Source: an uncultured Acidobacteriota bacterium (lineage in GTDB: Bacteria > Acidobacteriota > Thermoanaerobaculia > UBA5066 > Gp7-AA6). Taken from it: a DNA stretch of 64,000 nucleotides. The notes beneath the pieces are model-generated. The model saw only the letters and a program-made list of their open reading frames with translations, searched no databases and was not told the DNA's origin. This document shows, piece by piece, positions 1 to 10,976 of the stretch. Each line of letters starts with the position of its first letter. The first letter of the stretch is position 1. The translations under genes were made by a program, and so were the position numbers. The stretch spans positions 192,001-256,000 of the forward strand of contig CAVXTP010000010.1 in the NCBI GenBank assembly GCA_963764715.1. Direction: 5' to 3'.

Positions 1-2
1 CC

Positions 3-221
3 CGGATCGACATCGAGAACAGCGACGATCAGCTCCCGACCGCCTTCCGGAGCGGCCAGTACGCCCTGGCCAATCTCCTCTACTATCCCGTCCGGAACGT
101 GATGACGGGACTCGAATTTCAGTGGGGCCGCCGGGAGAACTTTTCCGACGGTTTCGCGGTCAACGACTTCCGAATTCAGTTCTCGGCGAGATACAACTTC
201 TCTTTCGAGGCCGGCGAGTGA
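3..221 (+). CDS. C-terminal fragment of an outer-membrane porin, DcaP-like (5' truncated by the window edge)
   Basis: Open frame from base 3 to TGA 219-221: ...ANLLYYPVRNVMTGLEFQWGRRENFSDGFAVNDFRIQFSARYNFSF. Alternating beta-strand pattern typical of DcaP-type porin C-termini. Confidence 0.6.
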   Translation, partial: RIDIENSDDQLPTAFRSGQYALANLLYYPVRNVMTGLEFQWGRRENFSDGFAVNDFRIQFSARYNFSFEAGE

Positions 222-267
222 CGTGGTGCGGGGCGCCGATGAGCGTCGTGGACGGAAGGAGCAGGGC

Positions 268-1227
268 ATGAAAGATTCCGGAAAGAAGGCCCCCGGGTCC
301 AAAGTCGAGACGCCGGGGCTGCCCCGGCTCGACGATCTGGTCGAACGGGCGCAGAAGCTGGCGCGCCGATATCGGGTCCGGGACGGCAAGGGCTTCCGGC
401 TGGAGGACGTCGACCCGGGAGACACCGCCTGGCTCAAGGCCGAGGACAAGCCCGCCGCCAAGGAGGCGCTGCAGCAGGGCATCGATCTGCTCGCCGAGCT
501 GCAGGACATGCTGTACGCCCAGGACCGCTGGGCCGTCCTCCTGATCTTCCAGGCGATGGATGCCGCCGGAAAGGACGGCGCCATCAAGCACGTCATGTCC
601 GGCATCAACCCGCAGGGCTGCCAGGTCTCGTCCTTCAAGGCCCCGTCGGCGGAAGACCTCGACCACGACTTCCTGTGGCGCTGCTCCAAGAACCTCCCGG
701 AGCGCGGAAGGATCGGGATCTTCAACCGTTCCTACTACGAAGAGGTTCTCGTGGTCCGCGTCCACAAGGAGCTCCTCGAAAAGCAGAAGCTGCCCCGGCA
801 GCGGATCTCCGGGGACATCTGGGACGAGCGCTTCCGGGACATCCGCGGCTGGGAGCGATACCTCGACGCCAACGGCGTGCTCGTGCGGAAGTTCTTCCTG
901 CACGTGTCCCGCAAGGAGCAGAAGCGGCGCTTCCTCGAGCGCATCGAGAATCCCGAGAAGAACTGGAAGTTCTCCCCGACCGATGCGCAGGAGCGCGGGT
1001 TCTGGAAGGACTACATGCGCGCCTACGAGGACCTGATCCGCCACACGGCCACGAAGCGCTCGCCCTGGTACGTCGTGCCGGCGGACAACAAGTGGTTCAC
1101 GCGGATCGTGGTCGCGGCCGCCGTCATCGACACGCTGTCGTCGATGGGGCTGAAGTACCCGAAGGTCGACGAGGCGAAGCTCCGCGAGCTGCAGAAGACG
1201 AAGGCGAAGCTGCTCGCCGAGAAGTGA
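268..1227 (+). CDS. ppk2: Polyphosphate kinase 2 family protein (class III-like)
   Basis: Walker A-like AMDAAGKDG, plus FKAPS, IFNRSYYE and KNWKFS motifs. AAGGAG lies upstream of ATG 268. Confidence 0.92.
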   Translation: MKDSGKKAPGSKVETPGLPRLDDLVERAQKLARRYRVRDGKGFRLEDVDPGDTAWLKAEDKPAAKEALQQGIDLLAELQDMLYAQDRWAVLLIFQAMDAAGKDGAIKHVMSGINPQGCQVSSFKAPSAEDLDHDFLWRCSKNLPERGRIGIFNRSYYEEVLVVRVHKELLEKQKLPRQRISGDIWDERFRDIRGWERYLDANGVLVRKFFLHVSRKEQKRRFLERIENPEKNWKFSPTDAQERGFWKDYMRAYEDLIRHTATKRSPWYVVPADNKWFTRIVVAAAVIDTLSSMGLKYPKVDEAKLRELQKTKAKLLAEK

Positions 1228-1239
1228 GCCCGGGTCGGC

Positions 1240-2940
1240 TCAGGCGCGGGGCGAAGCCGCGGCGGGTTTCTGGTACCGCTCCACGGCCAGCTCGACGCTG
1301 AAGACCATCCGCTCGCGGCCCAGGATCTCCCCGAGCGCCGAGCGCTGGATCATCGCCAGGACCGCGGGGTTCAGCGCGACGAGCCACAGGGCGACGCCCC
1401 GCTCGCGGCTGCGCTTCTCGCCCTCCACGAGCATCTTGAGAGCCGTGTACTCGAGGTCGAAGACGGCGCTCATGTCGAGCGCCACGACCTTCGCCCCGGC
1501 TTCGTCGGCGAGCGCACGGATCTTCTGCCCGATCCGTTCGGCGTTGGCGAAGAAGATCCGGCCCTCCGGCCGCAGAAGGAGGAGGCCCGGAAAGAATTCG
1601 TCCTCGGGATGCTCCTTCGTGCGCGGCCGGAAGACGTTGGTTCCGGGCTTGCGCCCCAGGACGTGGACCGGCGGATCCGCCACCTGCTGGGCGAGGGCGA
1701 TGAGCGACAGCACGATCGCGACGAGGATCCCCTTGAGCGTTCCGAGGACCATCACGCCGGCAAACGCGGCCAGCGCCCAGACGAACTCCGTCCGCCGGAT
1801 GCGGAGGATCGACCGGAACTCCGCCGGCTTGATCAGGCCGACCGAGTAGACGACGACGACCGCGGCGAGCGTCGCCTGGGGCATGAGGCCCATCCACGGG
1901 GCCAGGAAGAACATCGTCGCGAGCGTGCCCGCGGCCGTGACGATCTCGGCGAGCTGCGTGCGGGCGCCCGCGTTGCGGTTGACCGCCGTCTGGCTCGTCC
2001 CGCCGCCCGAAGGCATCGCGCCCAGAAAGGCGCTGCCGGCGTTCGCGAAGCCCGTCGCGAGAAGCTCCCGGTTGGCCCGGGGAGGGGCCTCGTTGCTCCG
2101 CGCGAAGGCCCGCCCGGCGGCGACGGTCTCGGTGAAGCTCATCAGCGCGATGCCGATCGCGCCCGACCAGAGCCCGGCGACGAGCGAGAAGTCCGGAAGG
2201 GTGACCGACGGAAATCCCCTGGGGATGTGGCCTACCAGCTCGACGCCCCGGTCTGCGAGCCCGAGCAGTCCCGCGGCGGCGATCCCGGCCGCCACCACGA
2301 CGAGGGGCGCCGGAGCCCGGGGAAGAAACCGCGCGAGACCGATCAGGATCGCCATCATCGCGCCCGCGACCGCGAGCGTCGGCAGCGACGTCTGCGGGAT
2401 GTGTTGGATGGTCGAACCCACGTTGCGGAGGAACGTCGACCGCGGAATGTGGAATCCGAGGAGCTTGGGGAGCTGGTCGAGGATGATGACGACTCCGATG
2501 CCCGCCTTGAAGCCGACGAGCACGGGCTCGGAGATGAAGTCGGCGACGAACCCCAGCCTCAGGACCGAGGCCGCGAGGAGGATCGCCCCGACGAGCAGCG
2601 TCAGCGTGGCGAGAGCCGAGAGCAGCGCGGCGGAATCGCCCGCCGGGGCCGTGGCGGCGAGGATGGTCCCGGTCAGGATCGCCATCGTCGTGGTGGTGCT
2701 GACGCTCAGAACGTTCGACGAGCCGAGAAAAGCGTAAATCAACATCGGGAGAAACGCCGTGTAGAGGCCGACCTGGACCGGCAGCCCGGCAATCGTGGCG
2801 TAGGCCATCGCCTTGGGGATGACCACGGCCGCGGCGGTCAGCCCGGCGACGACGTCGAGCCTCAGCCACTCCTTCCGATATCCGCCGAGCCAGGCGGGCA
2901 ACCAGGAGCCGGTCTGCGTCGGACGGGCGGGCGCGTCCAT
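1240..2940 (-). CDS. SulP family anion transporter with C-terminal STAS domain
   Basis: DVVAGLT..IPKAMAYATIAGLP..GLY signature, many TM segments, C-terminal GRIFFANAE..VVALDMSAV STAS region. Confidence 0.92.
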   Translation of the reverse strand: MDAPARPTQTGSWLPAWLGGYRKEWLRLDVVAGLTAAAVVIPKAMAYATIAGLPVQVGLYTAFLPMLIYAFLGSSNVLSVSTTTTMAILTGTILAATAPAGDSAALLSALATLTLLVGAILLAASVLRLGFVADFISEPVLVGFKAGIGVVIILDQLPKLLGFHIPRSTFLRNVGSTIQHIPQTSLPTLAVAGAMMAILIGLARFLPRAPAPLVVVAAGIAAAGLLGLADRGVELVGHIPRGFPSVTLPDFSLVAGLWSGAIGIALMSFTETVAAGRAFARSNEAPPRANRELLATGFANAGSAFLGAMPSGGGTSQTAVNRNAGARTQLAEIVTAAGTLATMFFLAPWMGLMPQATLAAVVVVYSVGLIKPAEFRSILRIRRTEFVWALAAFAGVMVLGTLKGILVAIVLSLIALAQQVADPPVHVLGRKPGTNVFRPRTKEHPEDEFFPGLLLLRPEGRIFFANAERIGQKIRALADEAGAKVVALDMSAVFDLEYTALKMLVEGEKRSRERGVALWLVALNPAVLAMIQRSALGEILGRERMVFSVELAVERYQKPAAASPRA

Positions 2941-3006
2941 GGTCGTCGAAATCCTACCTTTCCGTCGGCGGCACGGCGGATGGCGTCGCCGCGAGCCCCG
3001 ACCGCT

Positions 3007-3738
3007 TCAGCGAGGTGGCTGAGGCTGCGGGGTCGGAGCCGCCTTGGGGACGTCGCCGGGGGACGCGACGACGGCCGATGGCGGCGCATACGCGTCCGTC
3101 ACACCGGGCTCCCCCTGGTAGAGCCAGTTGCCCTGGCCCGAATCGGGCTGGGCGGGAGCCGGCACCGGCGCGACCTGCGGACCGCCGGGAAGGATCGTCA
3201 CGGTGCCGCCGCCCTCCATCGGAAGGTTGTCGATGCGAGCGCCGCCCCTCTCCTCCTGCTGGATCCGGAACGCCGGGATTCCCGTCACGCGGGTGATCGC
3301 CTTGACGTCCTCCATCCGCAGGCTCATGAGCGTGCCGTCGCGCCAGGTTTTCAGCACGTAGGTCTTTCCCTTGAGGACCGGGTTGTCGCGCGCGATGACC
3401 CGGCCGGTCGGGACGAGGTCGACCCGATACACGACCTCCTGGTTGATGTCCTTCGTCCGCTGGCTGACCTTCTTCACCCTGGCCCGGGAAAGGCGCACGG
3501 TCTGCCTGTCCGGCCACGCCGTGAATACGTAGACATCGCCCTCGAGCACCGGTTTGCCGAGACTGAATGCCTGGCCCGACGGGTCGAGATCGAACTGCCA
3601 GATCTCGAGCATCTGCACGGGCGCGGGAGCCTTGCTGCCGACGAGGGGTGTCGCCCGTGGAGCCGGGCTCGACGGCGCCTGGGCATCGAGGCGGGTGGCG
3701 AGAACCAGGGCGGCCAGGATGCAGATTCCGGTACGCAT
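3007..3738 (-). CDS. Secreted hypothetical protein with two tandem ~45 aa repeats and a Pro-rich tail
   Basis: Signal peptide MRTGICILAALVLA, GGAG RBS, internal duplication. Confidence 0.7.
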   Translation of the reverse strand: MRTGICILAALVLATRLDAQAPSSPAPRATPLVGSKAPAPVQMLEIWQFDLDPSGQAFSLGKPVLEGDVYVFTAWPDRQTVRLSRARVKKVSQRTKDINQEVVYRVDLVPTGRVIARDNPVLKGKTYVLKTWRDGTLMSLRMEDVKAITRVTGIPAFRIQQEERGGARIDNLPMEGGGTVTILPGGPQVAPVPAPAQPDSGQGNWLYQGEPGVTDAYAPPSAVVASPGDVPKAAPTPQPQPPR

Positions 3739-3935
3739 GGCAATCTCCCTTGGACTTCATGGTCCGCCGAACCGGCGGTGGCGCCAATGGGACAATGGTC
3801 TCATGCCGGAAAGCTCGTGGGCGGGGTAACTTGAGCCGGGTCGAGTGCAATCCGCGAAACCGGTCGTCTCTGATCGGAATGAATCATTCGAGTCCTGGTT
3901 GCGAGTCGTCAGAATCAGGACGGACGGAGGCCGAG

Positions 3936-6680
<2,745 letters not shown>

Positions 6681-6899
6681 GCCGAGAACGGATCTCTTGA
6701 CCGACGAGGCCGAGACCGGGCCCCGGTGGGCCGGGCGGCCTCATCGAGGAGCCGAGGTATCCCGGCCGGGCCGTGAACCAGCCGGGGGGCGAGACGGGCT
6801 GCCGGGGTTGCGGGCCGGCCTGTGGGATATGCTCCCTCGAGCGCTGCCGTCCGGCGGCCGACCTCCGGTCGCCCCGTCGTGGCGCAAAGGAGTACCGTG

Positions 6900-7244
6900 A
6901 TGAGAGGTAAGACTGTTGTAATCGCCGCGACCGCGCTCTTGGTCGCACTCGTCGCCTCGGCCGGGGACCAACCCTGTTCGATCCACGCGAAGAAGAGCCA
7001 GTCGAAGGAAGAGCTCACCGCGATGGCCAAGTGGTCGCACGCCGATGCGCTCGGAGCAGCGCTCAAGTCCCTGAATGTCACCGCCGACAAGGCGACGGTG
7101 AAAAAGTCCGAGCTCGAGGTCGAGGACGGGTGCCTCGTCTACTCGTTCGACATCGTCGTCGCCGGGGAGAGCAAGGGCAAGCACGAGATCGAGGTGGATG
7201 CCGGCAACGGACGGATCCTCTCGACGGACCACGATCGGCACTGA
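6900..7244 (+). CDS. Secreted PepSY-domain protein
   Basis: Signal peptide; ELEVEDGCLVYSFDI..EIEVDAGNGRIL is a PepSY pattern; AAGGAG RBS. Confidence 0.8.
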   Translation: MRGKTVVIAATALLVALVASAGDQPCSIHAKKSQSKEELTAMAKWSHADALGAALKSLNVTADKATVKKSELEVEDGCLVYSFDIVVAGESKGKHEIEVDAGNGRILSTDHDRH

Positions 7245-7363
7245 GCCCGGGAAACATCGGAAGCACTCAGGTTCTAGCGGACCCGCCGGCGGTGAGCGAG
7301 TTACGTCCGACGGGTTCGCGTCCTGGCTCGATCGGTACTTGAAGCGCTGAGGGCCGGGTCCTC

Positions 7364-9448
7364 TCAGTTCAGACGGAACGACAGCGCCACGCTCAGGATT
7401 TCCTTGGCCGCGAAGGGGCTCGAGCTCCAGGCGATCGTCGGCCCCTGCACGAAGATGTCGATGATCCCGGCAGTGAAGGCGATGCCGATGCGTGAGCCGG
7501 CCTGGAAGTAGTACTGGTTCCCCAGCTCTCCGCGGACCCCCGGGGAACCGTCGAATATTTCGCTCCCGCGGACCTGCGGTCCGCCCTCGATGCGCACCGG
7601 CGTCACCGCCAGCCCGAGCACGCCGAGGGGGTACCAGCGCAGGTCCAGGCCGAACGCTCCCGTCAGGTAGGCCGAGTCTCCGACCGTCCGCCGGGCGCAG
7701 ATCGCCAGCGACCCGCCGGGCGCCCAGAGGAACCTGCCGCCCCAGCGGTCCCGATCCCACAGAACCATCGCCCCGACCGCGCCCTCCCCGTACTGCCGTC
7801 CCTCGACGACCTCGGTCGGCGGCTCGACCGTGGTGACTCCCGTTCCCACGTACCAGGAGGCCGTCCGGCCTTCGAGTCGTCCGTACGGCGCTTCCGGGGG
7901 CGACCACGTGGCGTCCGACCGCTCGACCTTTTCGGTGTGGTGCTCGATCAGGGGCCCGCCGGCGAACTTCGGCGACGTCAGGGCCCAGGCGAAGCCGATT
8001 CCGATCGAGACCTCCGCGGCGGGCTTGCGCCAGTCGATCTCCAGCGGGCCGTGGAGCGTGAGGGCGAAGCGGCTGTCGATGACGTAGTCGACGCGGAAGA
8101 AATTCGACGTGACTTCCGATCCGGTGCGCTCCCCTCCGAAGGCGACGCGCCAGGCCGCCGGAGTGAACCCCACGGCGAGGCGTCTTCCGATGGGGAGCGC
8201 GAGGTCGACCTCGAGGCCGAGCAGGCCGGCCCCCACGCCGTTGTTGTAGCGCCGGTACCCGACCTCGCCGGAGAGCGCGTAGACGAAGGGATTGAGCTCC
8301 CAGCTGTACCGGAAGAGCGTCGCCTTTCCGGTGACGTCGACGAATTTGCGCGTGAAGTTGTAGGTCGTGTCGAGGCCGAGGAAGGCGTACGCGCCGGGAG
8401 AGATGTCGGTGGGCTGGCGCACGCCGCACTCGTCGCCCTGGCAGGAATAGGCCGCCGTAAACCAGCGGTCCTTGAAGGAGCGCCATTCCTCGGATTGTTC
8501 CGGGGCCGGCTCCGGAACCGGGACGGAAGACGCGGGCGGGGCGGAGGTCAACTTCTGTTTCTCCGCGATGCGGAGGTCGTGCACGACGATGAGCAGCTCG
8601 ACGATCGCCTGTCTCGCATCGTCGCCCTCCGCGGAGAGGCATTCGAAGGGCACCTTGTACGGATAATCGGTGAGGTCCTTGCAGTGGTGCCCGTCGGAGA
8701 CGACACGTTCCTCGACGACGTAAGTCTTGTCGCGGTGGTCGTCCCACTTGTGGAACGCGGAGTCGGGGATTTGCGCGACCTCTTCGGTCACCAGTCCCGG
8801 TAATCGGGTCAGTGGCTTCCAGATGCGGAGCTCTTCGATCTCATGCGTCCCCGGGCGACGCTGCGAGTGGGCTCCCGAGAACGAGTCGCCCACGGCGTGC
8901 ATGAGCTCGTACAGGCCGTACCCGCCCTTGCGCGCCCCGGGCCCCCCGTCGATGACGACCTGGCGCATGAGGTTGTCGAGCAGGTCTCGGCAGCGGACGA
9001 GCGCGGAGGTCGCGAGCCCGCGGGGAATCACGGTTCCTTCGATGTCCGGGGATTCGCCGTCCTCCAGCTGCGCCATGAAGTGAAAGCACTGGCCGGCGTC
9101 GCTGAATTGCCTCCGAAAGGCCGCGTCGGGATGGTCGGTCAGGGGCTTGGGCCAGCCGAGGAGGGGATTGGTCGTCGTCGCGTCGGCGCAAAAACCCGGG
9201 GGCTGGTCGCCCCAGCCGAAGCAGAGGGGCGCCTGGAGGTCCCCGTCGTTGAAGAGATCCCGCAGAACGTCGGGCCGCGCCGGCTCCCCGCCGTGCCCTT
9301 CGATGAGGGTGCGGTAGGCGACCGCCTCGATGACGACGTGCCCCTTGCTGTCGAAGGCCGCGGCGCGCTCCGCGGAGAGCGCCGCGAAGAGCGCGATCGG
9401 CAGCGTGAGGAGGGCCGCTTGCCGCGTTCCTCCCGGGGCTCGCTTCAT
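7364..9448 (-). CDS. Secreted protein: S1/P1-nuclease- or Zn-phospholipase C-like N-domain plus probable outer-membrane beta-barrel C-domain
   Basis: Signal peptide ending AAA, mature start FDSKGH, then FHFM, HAVGD and HKWDD motifs. The C-half has amphipathic aromatic strands and ends VALSFRLN. Confidence 0.55.
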   Translation of the reverse strand: MKRAPGGTRQAALLTLPIALFAALSAERAAAFDSKGHVVIEAVAYRTLIEGHGGEPARPDVLRDLFNDGDLQAPLCFGWGDQPPGFCADATTTNPLLGWPKPLTDHPDAAFRRQFSDAGQCFHFMAQLEDGESPDIEGTVIPRGLATSALVRCRDLLDNLMRQVVIDGGPGARKGGYGLYELMHAVGDSFSGAHSQRRPGTHEIEELRIWKPLTRLPGLVTEEVAQIPDSAFHKWDDHRDKTYVVEERVVSDGHHCKDLTDYPYKVPFECLSAEGDDARQAIVELLIVVHDLRIAEKQKLTSAPPASSVPVPEPAPEQSEEWRSFKDRWFTAAYSCQGDECGVRQPTDISPGAYAFLGLDTTYNFTRKFVDVTGKATLFRYSWELNPFVYALSGEVGYRRYNNGVGAGLLGLEVDLALPIGRRLAVGFTPAAWRVAFGGERTGSEVTSNFFRVDYVIDSRFALTLHGPLEIDWRKPAAEVSIGIGFAWALTSPKFAGGPLIEHHTEKVERSDATWSPPEAPYGRLEGRTASWYVGTGVTTVEPPTEVVEGRQYGEGAVGAMVLWDRDRWGGRFLWAPGGSLAICARRTVGDSAYLTGAFGLDLRWYPLGVLGLAVTPVRIEGGPQVRGSEIFDGSPGVRGELGNQYYFQAGSRIGIAFTAGIIDIFVQGPTIAWSSSPFAAKEILSVALSFRLN

Positions 9449-9478
9449 GGGGTCAGGTGATGCCGTCCCTTCTGCCCG

Positions 9479-10975
9479 CTAGGGATTGACCGGCGCCGGG
9501 GTGGGCTCGCGTCGCTCCTCCGTCGCGAATTCCGGCACGTCGGCCGGGGGCGGCGCCTCGGTTCCGGGCGACTGCCAGGTCGGGTTCTCGAGATTCCACC
9601 CGCCGCCGAGAGCCTTGTAGATGTCGACGTAGTCGTTCAGCAAGTCGAGGCGCGCTCGGGCGAGGGAGATCTCCGCCGGGAAGAGAAGCTGCATCGAGTA
9701 GAGCACTTCGAAGTAGTCCGCGAGACCGCTGTCGTAGCGCACCTGCGAAAGGCGCACCATCTCGCGATACGCGCCGGCGGTCCTCTCGAGCTCGGCCACG
9801 GCGGCGGCGATCTTCATCCGCGCGTAGAGAACCGTGGTCGTCTCCGCGAATGCTCCGGTGACGACCCGCTCGTAGACGGCTTTGGTCTGCTCCCACTGGG
9901 CGTAGGTCGCGGCGTACTCGCTGCGGATCCGTCCGCCCTGAAACAGCGGGCCGAGAAGGCTGGCGGCGATCGACCAGGTCTTTCCGGCGGGATAGAAGAA
10001 GTTGTCGATCTCGGGGGCGACGGCGCCGAAGAGCCCCGTCAGGCTGAGCCGGGGGAAGAAATTCGCGAACGCGACGCCGACGAGGGCATTGGCCGCGATG
10101 AGGTCTTCTTCGGCCTGACGCACGTCGGGACGACGAAGGAGCAGCTCCGAGGGAAGGCCGGGCGGCACCTCGGGCGGGATCGGCTGCGTTTCGATCGACT
10201 CTCCGCGCGGAACCGGTCCGGGATTGCGGCCGAGGAGCAGGCTGAGCTGATTCTCGGTGGCCTCGATCCTTCGCTCGATCTCGGGGATCTGCGCCGCGAC
10301 CTGCCCCAGCGCCGCCTCCGCGTAGGAGGTCTCGATCGCGGACGCCGCGCCCTGGTCGAGCTTGCGCTTGAAGAGGTTGTAGGTCTCCTGGAAGGAGTCC
10401 ACGGTCTTGCGCGTGATCACGAGCTCGGCGTCGAGCTCGCGGAGCGTGAAGTACGTGCGCGCGACGTCCGAAATCAGGGAGAGCAGGACGCCGCGGCGCG
10501 CATCCTCGCTCCCGAAGAAGCGGGCCTTCGCGGATTCGTTCAGCCGCCGGATCCGGCCCCAGATGTCGAGCTCCCAGCCGAAGTTGACGTTGGCGTCCCA
10601 GAGGTTTCCGGTCGCAGTGCTGTTGGGCGGGAGATAGACCGAGGTCCGGCCGCGGGAAAAGCCGCCGCCGATGTTGATCTGGGGGAAGAACTCCGACCGG
10701 GCGATTCCCGCGTTCGCCCGGAACTCGTCGACCCGCCAGGCCGCGATTCGGACGTCGTAGCTGCCGGCGAGAGCCTCGTCGATCAGCCGCTTGAGGACCG
10801 GGTCGCCGAAGACGTCCCACCAGGGCTGGTCGGCGAGCGACGGCGCGGGCGCCGGCGGTCCCTGAATCTCGCGGTACTGGTCGGGAACGGTGAGGGGAGG
10901 CCTCTCGTAGTTGGGGCCGACGGCGCATCCGGACACGAAGACGACGGCGAGGGCCGCGGCGACGAGCCTCCTCAT
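9479..10975 (-). CDS. RND efflux outer membrane factor (OprM/NodT-like lipoprotein)
   Basis: Lipobox VSGC, AVGPNYERP, WELDIWG, LLRRPDV, YKALGGGW. Confidence 0.93.
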   Translation of the reverse strand: MRRLVAAALAVVFVSGCAVGPNYERPPLTVPDQYREIQGPPAPAPSLADQPWWDVFGDPVLKRLIDEALAGSYDVRIAAWRVDEFRANAGIARSEFFPQINIGGGFSRGRTSVYLPPNSTATGNLWDANVNFGWELDIWGRIRRLNESAKARFFGSEDARRGVLLSLISDVARTYFTLRELDAELVITRKTVDSFQETYNLFKRKLDQGAASAIETSYAEAALGQVAAQIPEIERRIEATENQLSLLLGRNPGPVPRGESIETQPIPPEVPPGLPSELLLRRPDVRQAEEDLIAANALVGVAFANFFPRLSLTGLFGAVAPEIDNFFYPAGKTWSIAASLLGPLFQGGRIRSEYAATYAQWEQTKAVYERVVTGAFAETTTVLYARMKIAAAVAELERTAGAYREMVRLSQVRYDSGLADYFEVLYSMQLLFPAEISLARARLDLLNDYVDIYKALGGGWNLENPTWQSPGTEAPPPADVPEFATEERREPTPAPVNP

Positions 10976-10976
10976 C

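Noticed and set aside
7245-7363. Possible gene remnant (..SDGFASWLDRYLKR*) between the PepSY gene and the next gene
   Set aside because: No start codon or recognisable family; too short to support.
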